Shown one piece after another: positions 37,595 through 46,656 of a stretch of DNA of 64,000 nucleotides. The translations under genes and the position numbers were made by a program. The notes under the pieces were generated by a model. That model was not told the DNA's origin and did not search any database. It saw only the letters and a program-made list of their open reading frames with translations. Positions within the stretch are counted from its first letter, which is position 1; each line of letters opens with the position of its first letter. Source of the DNA: Ignavibacteriales bacterium (GTDB lineage: Bacteria > Bacteroidota > Ignavibacteria > UBA10030); NCBI GenBank assembly GCA_016192345.1, contig JACPUH010000012.1, positions 5,342-69,341 on the forward strand, written 5' to 3'.

Positions 37595-38635
37595 TCAGGC
37601 AATTGCCTCGATCTGCTTCCGATGCATGGAAGCACCGCAGGTTTTGCGGACAATGAGTTTGGGGACAAACTTGGTCTGGCTCACTTTTTCTTTGGGGTTC
37701 TTCAGGCGGTCGGCAAGGGTATCGGCGGCGAGCGCCCCCATCTCATACATGGGCTGGCGCATGGTCGTCAATTCGAGGTGGGAGGCAAGTTCGATATCGT
37801 CAAAGCCGATAAGCGCGACATCGTCGGGACACTTGAGCCCCGCTTCGTTGATGGCGGCAAGGGCGCCCACCGCCTGGATGTCGCTTGCCACAACAATCGC
37901 CGTCGGCATCTCTCCTTTCAGGGAAAGAAACTGTTTCATCAACTCGTAGCCCGCGTTGCGCGTGAACCCGTCAAGTATGGGAGAACTGCTGTTCTTCACC
38001 AGCCCCGGGACGATGGCAAGGCCCGCGCCGGTCAACGCGTTCTGGAATCCCTTCAATCGTTCCCGGGCCGGTGCGCTCTCGATATTTGCATTCAGAAGTC
38101 CGATGCGCTTGTGGCCGAGTTTAATCAGGTGCGTGGTTGCATGGAACGCCCCCTCCTGGTTGTCGACTGTCAGGGAGTCAAAACTTTTATGGTATGAATC
38201 GACGACGATGACCGGCGTGCGATGTTGAAGATATTGCAGCGCAAATTCCTCCGGCATCTTCATGGAGAAGAAGAGAATGCCGTCGACCCTGCTTCTCAGT
38301 GCGTTCTGCCTCAGCGACGAAGCCACCTGATCCGGGTGGTTGACTCCGTACAGGATCAGATCGCAGTCCAGGTCCGATAACTTCGATTGGACCCCCTGCA
38401 GGATCTCCAGGAAGAAGAAGGTGGTAAAGAATGGAATGACGGCAAGGATGGAATTTGTTCGGTTGCTGGCAAGCCCGCGGGCATACGGATGGGGACGGTA
38501 ATTGAGCCGTGTTGCGACTTCGAGGACGCGGGAGCGGGTTCCATGCGATACACTTGGGTGATTGTTGAACACCCGCGAGACGGTGCCTATTCCAACGTCC
38601 GCCTCTTTGGCGATATCGTAGATGGTGACACGCAT
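37595..38635 (-). CDS. LacI-family transcriptional regulator (likely maltose/starch regulon)
   Basis: N-terminal HTH VTIYDIAKEADVGIGTVSRVFNN followed by a periplasmic-binding-protein-like sugar-binding domain. Heads the GH13 / PPIase gene array. Confidence 0.85.
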   Translation of the reverse strand: MRVTIYDIAKEADVGIGTVSRVFNNHPSVSHGTRSRVLEVATRLNYRPHPYARGLASNRTNSILAVIPFFTTFFFLEILQGVQSKLSDLDCDLILYGVNHPDQVASSLRQNALRSRVDGILFFSMKMPEEFALQYLQHRTPVIVVDSYHKSFDSLTVDNQEGAFHATTHLIKLGHKRIGLLNANIESAPARERLKGFQNALTGAGLAIVPGLVKNSSSPILDGFTRNAGYELMKQFLSLKGEMPTAIVVASDIQAVGALAAINEAGLKCPDDVALIGFDDIELASHLELTTMRQPMYEMGALAADTLADRLKNPKEKVSQTKFVPKLIVRKTCGASMHRKQIEAIA

Positions 38636-38717
38636 GAAAAAATGGTTCTTGGAAATACGTTAAGCAGTTCCCGCGAATCTTCACGAAGGATTAAGAAAGT
38701 TCTTTCCCTAAACAATC

Positions 38718-38744
38718 ATTCGTGCAGATTCGTGTAGATTCGTG
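38718..38744. promoter_or_regulatory. three phased direct repeats ATTCGTG at exact 10-bp spacing, ~85 bp upstream of the LacI operon start
   Basis: cATTCGTGcagATTCGTGtagATTCGTGggg at 38718, 38728 and 38738. An inverted degenerate copy (CGCGAATCT, 38672..38680) lies ~40 bp closer to the start codon. Sits in a 548-bp AT-rich intergenic region. Confidence 0.4.
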
Positions 38745-39183
38745 GGGAGAGTTTTTCAGTGTTTTATTGAGATGCCCTAACAGGAGTACTCCGAAATTTC
38801 AAAAATGGGAAAACAACGAGAGGATCTTGGAAGCGCTTCCATAATTTACCAGTTAATTTCCATTTGTCAAGGAAAAAAGGGAGAGGAATTCCTTTTTTCT
38901 GGTCAAAGTTGATAATTATCCGGTTAATTTGAGCAATTCTGCGGTTTTTTTCCAGACCAAATTATTGAACGAGATGGTCTTTTCTTGACGGGGTGGATCT
39001 CTTGGGGGATATTCAAATGGAATTCAGCGGGACGGCCGGAATCAGCCTCAAGAAGCGAAGTTTATGATTGTGCGATGGCAAAATATACAGGCGTTCCCCG
39101 CGCTCTGCTCGGGTTCGGATTGCTTCAGGCACCGAAGGGTTTCTTTTAGTCGCCCAACGTTTGCCTCTGTTCATCGCGGGCTG

Positions 39184-39669
39184 TTACTCGGCCTTGACGC
39201 TGATCGACCGTATGTAATCAACCACGTATGCTATCTCCTTCTTGCTCATCCTCCCTCCCCACGATGGCATCAAGGGTGATCGATTAACGCCTCTTCCCCC
39301 CTGGCTCATGGTCTCAGCTACTCTCACATCGCTGAGGGCATTCATATATGCCACATCGGTAAAGTCTCTTGGCTTGGGGTCAAGGTTGAATGCGTTGAAG
39401 CCGTCGCCTTTTCCCTCCTCGCCGTGGCAAACCGAACAATACTTCAGATACAGATGTCTCCCTTGTCGCTGCTCATACGAAAGCAACCGGGACTCGGCAG
39501 CCTCGTCAACCTTCACCGACGTCTGGAGAGTATCTACGGTTTCATCCGCTTGCTGCGGCGTGGCCTCTTTTTCCTTGCAGCTCATCAGCAGCATGACGAA
39601 TGCTACGATAGCGAGAACATGGGTCATCAGATGGTACTCGACGTTATGACAGCTTGCGGGAGTTCTCAT
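39184..39669 (-). CDS. monoheme c-type cytochrome (class I), lipoprotein
   Basis: Single CSVCH heme-binding motif with downstream Met (LMPSWGG). Lipobox LLMSC. Start overlaps the stop of the upstream octaheme cytochrome gene (ATGA). Confidence 0.8.
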   Translation of the reverse strand: MRTPASCHNVEYHLMTHVLAIVAFVMLLMSCKEKEATPQQADETVDTLQTSVKVDEAAESRLLSYEQRQGRHLYLKYCSVCHGEEGKGDGFNAFNLDPKPRDFTDVAYMNALSDVRVAETMSQGGRGVNRSPLMPSWGGRMSKKEIAYVVDYIRSISVKAE

Positions 39670-41609
39670 TTCAAACTCATCAAGAAGACGGTGAGCGCTT
39701 CTGCCTCTTCGTCTGTCAAGTTGTTCTTCGGCTCGATTGTTTCAGGCTTGAATGCCTGCGGGTCCTTCAGCCAATGGAAAATCCAGCCGGGTTTGAGTCG
39801 CGAGCCGGCTTTGTCCAGTGCCGGTCCGACATATCCACCCTTGAGGTTGATCTGATGGCAAGCCTGACATCCGTATTTTTCATAGTACAGTATTTTGCCT
39901 TTGGCCATACTGTCTTGATCGACTCTTACCTCCCGTTCCACACTATCGGCGATGAACACTTTCTCCATGTAGTTGACCATCACCTTGATCTCGGCATCAG
40001 ACACGAACAGATTGGGCATCCGCTCCGGCAGGATAGGACGAAGCGAATATGGAATCTTGAAGTACTTCTCGATCCATTTCCTTTGCGCTTGACTTGCTTC
40101 AAGCGTCAAGTCGGTTGCTACGAGCCGGCCGCGCCCAAACATCGTGTGGCAGCCGAAGCAGGCAAGGTCGTCTACTAACTTCCCAAATTCCCCTTGTGGT
40201 GCGTAGGTGCTTCGCGGTTTTGGCTGGACCTTGAACTGCGCGGGAATTTCCTCCTCCGTACTGCCCAACAGTGCCACGGTGATCGCCTGAGCTTCTTCGT
40301 CTGTGAATTCATAGCTCGGCATCTTCATCGTGGGTGAAAAGACACGCGGACTTTTGACTTTTGTGAAAAGATATGAAGGAAGTGCCTGCTCGATGCTTGA
40401 CTTGCCAAAATCGATTTCATAGAGTTTTTTCGCGCCAATGGAGGTCAGGTCCGGCCCCATCTCTTCTGCCTTCGTCATCCCACCGAGTTCATGGCATCCG
40501 CTGCAGTTGTATTTCTTGAAGAGCGCACGACCTTTTTCGAAATAGGATGGGTCGGGAGTATGAGGAGGCCGTTCCTCCATTTCATAATCGACAAACTCAC
40601 TCTGGATAGAGGCAACAACGGCGGCCAGTTCTGTTTCGTTGAACCGATATCTCGGCATCTCGACACCCGGCTGCAATCGCTTTGGATTCTTCATATAACT
40701 ATAGAGCCATGCCGCATTGACTTTGCTGGCGACTTTACCGAGTTCTGTCGCGACGGTACCGCCCCGCCCGTTGATCGGGTGACAGCTGATACAGCGTGCT
40801 TCGCTCAAACGCGTCGCACCCAGTTCGGCAAGCTTCTCCCGCTGCGGTTCCGTCCCGGAGGTCAAAACCGCCGGAAGCCGATCGAGTGTTGCATCGCGGG
40901 GGAAGGTCTTCAACGTCATCAGGAAATCAGCTAGGATGTTCACCTCATCGTCGGTGAGAAAAAAATTTGGCATCCTCGTCTTCGCAAAATAAGCCTTTGG
41001 GTTTTTCAGCCAGTTGACGAGCCAGGAGCGATTAACCTTTGAGCCGATTCCGTCGAGGCTCGGCGTCCACTGTTTCTCAAACCCTTCCGTTCTGTGACAG
41101 GCTGCACAGTTCGATTCTTCGATGAGCTCTCGACCGAATGTGAGAATCGGGGCGCGCAGAACTTCTTTTTCCTTATGACACTTGCCGCACGACGCCTCCA
41201 TGAATTTGGTGGGGTACATCGGTTTGTCCCAGTATTCGACGTTGCCGACAGATCCCTTGTAGGTCGTCGCCGCGCCCTGACCTTCATGGCACACGGTACA
41301 TCCAAATTCCTCAAAGTCGTGATCGATCCGCGGGTGTGCGCGAAACGGTTGCCGGGCCTGTTGCAGTGCCGGTTCACTGAGACCGAGATGACACGTACCG
41401 CAACGGTCAATCCGGTCCAATCCCCGGACCCACAACTGCTTGATCCCGATCTCTGCGGGCTTCACCCTCCGGGGAAGTTCCGTAATGAGGCCGTTGTACT
41501 CATACTGGTACCATTTCCACTCGCGAAAGAAATCTTTCAACGGAGCAATCGCAAGGACAACGAAGAAAACGACACCGGAGAGTGCGAACGAGAGCCTGAG
41601 TTTAGTCAT
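39666..41609 (-). CDS. membrane-anchored octaheme c-type cytochrome (3 N-terminal hemes plus 5 class-I-like cytochrome c domains)
   Basis: N-terminal TM helix. Eight CxxCH motifs: CGTCH, CTVCH, CGKCH, CAACH, CISCH, CSGCH, CFGCH, CQACH. Repeated downstream RMPNF / EMPRY / KMPSY / RMPNL Met-ligand motifs. Occupies the cyt c1/f position of the bc operon. Confidence 0.85.
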   Translation of the reverse strand: MTKLRLSFALSGVVFFVVLAIAPLKDFFREWKWYQYEYNGLITELPRRVKPAEIGIKQLWVRGLDRIDRCGTCHLGLSEPALQQARQPFRAHPRIDHDFEEFGCTVCHEGQGAATTYKGSVGNVEYWDKPMYPTKFMEASCGKCHKEKEVLRAPILTFGRELIEESNCAACHRTEGFEKQWTPSLDGIGSKVNRSWLVNWLKNPKAYFAKTRMPNFFLTDDEVNILADFLMTLKTFPRDATLDRLPAVLTSGTEPQREKLAELGATRLSEARCISCHPINGRGGTVATELGKVASKVNAAWLYSYMKNPKRLQPGVEMPRYRFNETELAAVVASIQSEFVDYEMEERPPHTPDPSYFEKGRALFKKYNCSGCHELGGMTKAEEMGPDLTSIGAKKLYEIDFGKSSIEQALPSYLFTKVKSPRVFSPTMKMPSYEFTDEEAQAITVALLGSTEEEIPAQFKVQPKPRSTYAPQGEFGKLVDDLACFGCHTMFGRGRLVATDLTLEASQAQRKWIEKYFKIPYSLRPILPERMPNLFVSDAEIKVMVNYMEKVFIADSVEREVRVDQDSMAKGKILYYEKYGCQACHQINLKGGYVGPALDKAGSRLKPGWIFHWLKDPQAFKPETIEPKNNLTDEEAEALTVFLMSLK

Positions 41610-41612
41610 GAG

Positions 41613-42311
41613 TCAATAGATTCCTTCCCACGGCCATGTCCAGCCCCATTCCGGGCCGCGGAACAACGTGCCGATCGCAGTCAGAACCACCACGACCATC
41701 ACGAACCAGGTCATGACCCACCACGAAAGCGGCCGGTGACCAAGCCAGGCAATGAAACCATGCTCTCGTTTGATGAAATAGGGAGTGAGCATGAATCCTG
41801 TCATGATGAGTGTCGGCATGACCATTGCATAGACCTTGAAAAGAAGGAGGACGAGCGAAACAATCCCAACCGCGACGACAAGCGTCAGGAACGTCTCCCG
41901 CCGATGTTCTTTCCACAGGCCTTCGCGTTTGATGTTGATCTTAAAATAGGGGATGACGATCAGCGCCATGACAGCTAAGGCCGGGAGGATGACGCCGCCC
42001 ACAACCGGTGGAAAGTAGTGGAGCAGTTCTTGCAGTCCGAGAAAATACCATGGGGCTTTGGCGGGATTGGGCGTATGCTCGGGGTTGGCAATCCATTCCA
42101 GCGGTGCGTCGATGATGAGCGAAAGAACGGCGAGAAGAATGACCATGACTTCAAAAGCGATGATTTCCTTGACGACCAGGTTCGGGAAGGTCATCACCAT
42201 CTCCGCGTCTTCTTTCCTGACCCTCGCGGCCGTGCGCCCTTTGATGAATGCGATACGCGTCGGCACTTGTTTCGCGTCCCGTGTTTGTTCGACATTGAAA
42301 TCTTTACTCAT
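41613..42311 (-). CDS. cytochrome b6f-type subunit IV (C-terminal half of split cytochrome b)
   Basis: PEHTPNPAKAPWYFLGLQELLHYFP matches the cytochrome b C-terminal domain PEWYFL motif. Multiple TM helices. Confidence 0.8.
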   Translation of the reverse strand: MSKDFNVEQTRDAKQVPTRIAFIKGRTAARVRKEDAEMVMTFPNLVVKEIIAFEVMVILLAVLSLIIDAPLEWIANPEHTPNPAKAPWYFLGLQELLHYFPPVVGGVILPALAVMALIVIPYFKINIKREGLWKEHRRETFLTLVVAVGIVSLVLLLFKVYAMVMPTLIMTGFMLTPYFIKREHGFIAWLGHRPLSWWVMTWFVMVVVVLTAIGTLFRGPEWGWTWPWEGIY

Positions 42312-42322
42312 TCGCCTTTTCC

Positions 42323-42799
42323 CTAGAAGGAGGGGACGTTGAATGCAATCTCTTTCTCTAATAAACCCTGCATGCGATCCATGCGGCTACCAATGACCTT
42401 GACTAAGTTCCCCATCAAGACATGCCCCACATGATGCTTCCTGGCACAGAAGGAAAGCAGCCCTTTTCCGCGAACCTGGATCAACTCGCTCTCTTCATCG
42501 CAGTATGCGGACAAGGTAAACTGGTAGGGCTCGACGAGGGTGGACCAGCCAAAAACATTCCCTGGGATTACTACATCCACAACGATTTCCGTACTTGCGA
42601 GGAGGATAGGAATTGGAACACTGAGGTGCACTTTGCCTGAACGAACAACGTAGAACTGTTCGGCGCTCTCCCCTCTCTTGAAGATCGTAACTCCTTTTTT
42701 GAGCTTCACGATCGTGCAGAGTTCTGAAATTTGCCTGAGTTCCCTCGCCGTCAGTCCGCTGAAAAAGTTTATGCCCCCCAGAAAATGAGTGTCAACCAT
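42323..42799 (-). CDS. stand-alone cyclic-nucleotide-binding (cNMP/Crp-like) domain protein embedded in the bc-complex operon
   Basis: GLTARELRQISELCTIVKLKKGVTIFKRGESAEQFYVVRSGKV is a cNMP-binding beta-barrel signature. No DNA-binding HTH. Start taken at ATG 42799; the track ORF extends upstream. Confidence 0.55.
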   Translation of the reverse strand: MVDTHFLGGINFFSGLTARELRQISELCTIVKLKKGVTIFKRGESAEQFYVVRSGKVHLSVPIPILLASTEIVVDVVIPGNVFGWSTLVEPYQFTLSAYCDEESELIQVRGKGLLSFCARKHHVGHVLMGNLVKVIGSRMDRMQGLLEKEIAFNVPSF

Positions 42800-42999
42800 C
42801 GTATTACCCTTTCGGTGCCCGCTCTTGGCAAACGTTCTGGGTATGTTGGGGTATTCCGTCGTCGCGTTGCAGATGGACATTAAGTTTCGCAATGTGGGTT
42901 TTGGGATTTCCCACAAGTTGAGAATGACTTGGCCACTGTGTTTTGTGGCGGGACCCGTTATCGCAATCTGCAATCGACAATTGGTGATTCAGAATCACT

Positions 43000-43710
43000 C
43001 TAGACTCCTCCATCTTTCCTCACACGCCAGAAATGAATGCCCATCAGCATGGTCGCCGCAACGGGCAGGACGAAGCAATGCAGCACGTAGAATCTGACAA
43101 GCGCATTCTCTCCAACAATATTGCCACCGAGCAACAGGAAAGAAATATTGTCCCCCACACCAAACGGAACTGCGCGCGCCATGTTCGTGCCAACCGAAAT
43201 TCCCCAGAACGCTAACTGGTCCCACGGGAGTAAATAACCCGTGTAGCTGAGCAGGATCGTGAATACAAGCAGCACAACGCCGATAACCCAATTGAACTCC
43301 TTCGGAGGCCGGTACGAACCAGTGTAGAATACCCGCAGCATGTGCAGGAACACCACCGCCACCATCGCATGGGCAGCCCAGCGGTGCATGTTCCGAAGGA
43401 ATTGTCCCGACGAGACGACATACTGCAAGTCCTTCATATCCCAATAGGCCTGAGGTACCGAAGGGCGATAGTACAACATGAGCAGTGCCCCGGTGACTGT
43501 CAGGACAATGAACAAGCCGAAGGAAAGTCCGCCAAGTCCCCACGTGTAGCTGAATTTGACGGAGCGCTTCCGGACTTTGGTGGGATGGATATGGAGGAAA
43601 AAGTTATAAAAGATCGCTTCTGCCCTTGTCCGGTTGGATTCGGGCAGCCCGTGACGAAACATCGAGCGCCATACTTGTGATGCGAACAATCGTTGCCAGA
43701 GGGATTTCAT
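43000..43710 (-). CDS. cytochrome b6 (N-terminal half of split cytochrome b)
   Basis: Four-helix heme-b domain with conserved His residues ([19 protein letters not shown]; VLHCF). PWDQLAFW motif. Track start is TTG; ATG at 43710. Confidence 0.85.
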   Translation of the reverse strand: MKSLWQRLFASQVWRSMFRHGLPESNRTRAEAIFYNFFLHIHPTKVRKRSVKFSYTWGLGGLSFGLFIVLTVTGALLMLYYRPSVPQAYWDMKDLQYVVSSGQFLRNMHRWAAHAMVAVVFLHMLRVFYTGSYRPPKEFNWVIGVVLLVFTILLSYTGYLLPWDQLAFWGISVGTNMARAVPFGVGDNISFLLLGGNIVGENALVRFYVLHCFVLPVAATMLMGIHFWRVRKDGGV

Positions 43711-43712
43711 TC

Positions 43713-44069
43713 TCAATCTCCGAACGCTGGTTCATGCTTTTCAAATCCGACGTGCGCTTCTTCCACAGCATCGATCACCAGGGGAAAATATCGGTCGAGA
43801 CCGCAGTCCAGCCGCGATCGCGTTGAGCATCTTCCATCCGGCGTTTGATGCCGGCACGCGGCACAAACATTCCGGCGAAGGGAGTCGACATACGGCTCAA
43901 TCCTGGGATCATGCACGGAAAGAATGGCTTGGACGATTCTCGGGAAATGAGCCTTCAATCCGCACTCTTCTTCGCCACTCAAGCGGCAGTGACCATGACG
44001 ATCGCTATCCACACAGTGGGCACAGACTCTGGACTGAACGGCATGCCAATACAGTTTGAAGATTTCCAT
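43713..44069 (-). CDS. small cysteine-rich protein of unknown function within the Rieske/cyt b operon
   Basis: 118 aa from ATG 44069, preceded by GGAGG SD. Two CxxC-x7/8-C motifs ([13 protein letters not shown]; [13 protein letters not shown]) plus two further Cys. No recognisable family. Confidence 0.45.
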   Translation of the reverse strand: MEIFKLYWHAVQSRVCAHCVDSDRHGHCRLSGEEECGLKAHFPRIVQAILSVHDPRIEPYVDSLRRNVCAACRHQTPDGRCSTRSRLDCGLDRYFPLVIDAVEEAHVGFEKHEPAFGD

Positions 44070-44082
44070 GGTGAGTTCCTCC

Positions 44083-44574
44083 TTAGACTTTGAGAATGAC
44101 TTCCTCCCCAACCATCACCCCTTTGTCCACGACTAACTGTCCTTGCTCGTCAAGCGTCATGGCAAACCGCGGCAGTGGACGCGGCGCGGGGCCTTCGAGC
44201 ACGTTTCCCTCTTTGTCAAATTTGCTCCCATGGCAGGGACACGCAATAATCTCTTCTTCCGATTTCCAGTTCGTGATGCAACCGAGATGCGTGCAGACGG
44301 CGGACACTGCAGAGAAGTACCCTTCCTTGGCGCGAACGATAAAAACCTTCTGCTCTTTGTTGAGCGTGACACTCTCCGGCGGAAAATTCTCCGTCGGCCC
44401 GGCCCTGAATTTCAGCGGCGGCTCGCGCAACACGTTGGGTGAAAGAAATTGCCCCGTCAACACCGCGCTGCCGGCAGCGACGATTCCGATTGCGCCCCCC
44501 CCGATCGTCTCGAGAAAATAACGGCGGGTGAGGATTGAGCCTTCCGATTGCTCTTTCAGCGAATCTTCAGCCAT
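44083..44574 (-). CDS. Rieske [2Fe-2S] iron-sulfur protein, Tat-exported
   Basis: Twin-arginine signal RRYFLETIGG. Cluster-binding boxes CTHLGC and CPCHGS. AAGGAG SD upstream. Confidence 0.9.
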   Translation of the reverse strand: MAEDSLKEQSEGSILTRRYFLETIGGGAIGIVAAGSAVLTGQFLSPNVLREPPLKFRAGPTENFPPESVTLNKEQKVFIVRAKEGYFSAVSAVCTHLGCITNWKSEEEIIACPCHGSKFDKEGNVLEGPAPRPLPRFAMTLDEQGQLVVDKGVMVGEEVILKV

Positions 44575-44588
44575 ACGTCAACCGCTCC

Positions 44589-46472
44589 TTAGACCGGGAC
44601 TGTTTCAGACACAGCGTACGCTTCCATGGTAATGCATCCGACCGGGCATCGCATCGCACACAGACCGCATCGGATACAGCGATCTTCATCTTTGATCATC
44701 ACGGAGCCGACGAGCTCCCCGGACTGCCCCTTCACCACGATGCGGTACTCGCTTTCAAGTTCGGCGAGCACAGTCCCTTCCGCTTCGATTCGAGTGAGCA
44801 CGACAAGATCGATGCAATTTTCGGGACAGATATCGACACAACCCCCGCAGAGGATGCATTCCGTCCCGGTTTCTTCACCCTCCGGTTCGAAGATCGTGTT
44901 TACCCAACAATGCAGGCAGCGCGAAGCCTCTTCGATCGCCTGCTCCTCCGTATACCCCAACTCAATCTGGGACACGCCGATGCGCCTGTCGATCGGCAGT
45001 ACAGGGATGGGAACCCTTTGGGTTTTCTCATATCCCCAACTGCGTTTATACTTCTTCGTATCGTACACGATAATCTCGGCTTCACGTTCGCTCAGAACGA
45101 GTTCGACCCCTTCGATCTTGTCCCTGGTGCAATAGTGGTGGATGGATCGTGCGGCTTTCTTGCCGTTCGCGACGGCATCGATTGCGTTCCGCGGACCGAA
45201 AGAGACATCCCCTCCGGCGAAGACACCCGGCGCGGTTGTGGCAAGAGTGGCAGGATCGACTTTGATGGTATTGCGTGGAGTAATCTCAATGCCGTCCCCG
45301 GGGTGAATCCACGAGAGATCGGATGTTTGACCGATGGCCATGATGACCGTGTCCGCATCCATGATCTTCTCAGTGTGCGGCGCAAATTTCGGGTTAAAGC
45401 GCCCATGGTCATCAAAGACCGATACGCAATCGACTGTTTCTAATCCCACGACTGCTCCATCTCTTCCGATAATTCTGTTCGGACCCCTCCGCGAGTGAAT
45501 CTCAATCCGTTCCTCTCTCGCCTCGGAAATCTCATCCGCGGAGGCCGGCATCTCTTTCCAATCCTCAAGGCACACCAGATGGACTTCCTTAGCGCCGAAG
45601 CGCACGGCAGACCGGGCCACATCCAACGCTTCCGCAACTTCCGTGACATGGCCGACCTCCACGCGCTCTTGCCGTGCCGCCGTCCGGGCGACATCCAGAG
45701 CCACGTTACCGCCACCGATCACGATGACCTTCTTTCCGAGCTCCACGCGGTATCCGAGATTGACGTTGAGCAGGAAATCCACGGCTCGCAGAACACCGTC
45801 AAGTTCCACGCCCTCGATTTGAAGATCGCGGCTTTTGTGTGCGCCAATCGCGATGAAGAAAGCCTGGAATCCTTGCCGCTGGAGATCCGTAAGGGAGAAA
45901 TCACGACCCACGGCGGCATTGAGTTTGAGTTCCACACCAAGACTGAGAATGGCATTGACCTCAAGCCGTATAAGCTCCCGGGGAAGACGATACTCCGGGA
46001 CGCCAAGGCGCAACATGCCGCCTGCCACCGACTGGGCTTCGAAGACGGTGACTTCGTAGCCGAGCAGGGCAAGATCATGGGCGCAGGAAAGTCCCGCCGG
46101 CCCCGCCCCCAACACAGCCACTTTTATCCGGTTTTTCCTGACTGACTTGCCGAAAACTTCTTTGAGCTTCTCCAAATCGAGCATGCTTTCCACACCGTAC
46201 CGCTCGCAGGCGAATCGTTTGAGCGCGCGGATGGCAATCGGCTGATCGAACTTCCCAAGACGGCACGCTCGCTCGCACGGTGCGGCGCAAATGCGTCCGC
46301 AGATTGATGCAAACGGATTGGGACGGCGGGCGACGTGATAGGCTTCCCGATAACGTCCCTCCTCAATCAGCGCAACATAGCGCCCTGCCTCGGTATGCAC
46401 GGGGCAGGCCGCCATGCAGGGAAAGTTGGAGTCAAGCCACTCAAGGTTTACGAATTTCAGTTGGTCCGGCAT
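44589..46472 (-). CDS. GltD-like (glutamate synthase small-subunit family) NAD(P)H:FAD oxidoreductase with N-terminal Fe-S Cys motifs and C-terminal 2x[4Fe-4S] ferredoxin domain
   Basis: N-terminal CMAACPVH...CGRICAAPCERAC. Two dinucleotide-binding folds (VAVLGAGPAGLSCA; VIVIGGGNVALDVA). C-terminal CILCGGCVDICPENC and CIRCGLCAMRCPVGC. 14 nt upstream of the Rieske gene. Confidence 0.75.
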   Translation of the reverse strand: MPDQLKFVNLEWLDSNFPCMAACPVHTEAGRYVALIEEGRYREAYHVARRPNPFASICGRICAAPCERACRLGKFDQPIAIRALKRFACERYGVESMLDLEKLKEVFGKSVRKNRIKVAVLGAGPAGLSCAHDLALLGYEVTVFEAQSVAGGMLRLGVPEYRLPRELIRLEVNAILSLGVELKLNAAVGRDFSLTDLQRQGFQAFFIAIGAHKSRDLQIEGVELDGVLRAVDFLLNVNLGYRVELGKKVIVIGGGNVALDVARTAARQERVEVGHVTEVAEALDVARSAVRFGAKEVHLVCLEDWKEMPASADEISEAREERIEIHSRRGPNRIIGRDGAVVGLETVDCVSVFDDHGRFNPKFAPHTEKIMDADTVIMAIGQTSDLSWIHPGDGIEITPRNTIKVDPATLATTAPGVFAGGDVSFGPRNAIDAVANGKKAARSIHHYCTRDKIEGVELVLSEREAEIIVYDTKKYKRSWGYEKTQRVPIPVLPIDRRIGVSQIELGYTEEQAIEEASRCLHCWVNTIFEPEGEETGTECILCGGCVDICPENCIDLVVLTRIEAEGTVLAELESEYRIVVKGQSGELVGSVMIKDEDRCIRCGLCAMRCPVGCITMEAYAVSETVPV

Positions 46473-46656
46473 AGGTCAACGATTCTGCTTCTAAATCTTT
46501 TGCCCGCGCACAGAGAGATCCAGAGCGCCACCGACTGCGGCGAACAGCAGGAGCCTCGCGATAAAACAAAGAGCCGTCGTCACCACCGCAGTTTGCCATC
46601 TTGACTCGTTCATTGGTTCCCGGCCCTCGCTCCCCCTGTTCAACCGCATTGGTTGC

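Noticed and set aside
39040-39135. tRNA-like GGTTCGGATTG motif in the intergenic region downstream of the cytochrome operon
   Set aside because: Could not build a cloverleaf: no acceptor stem or anticodon arm, and the T-loop consensus is imperfect.
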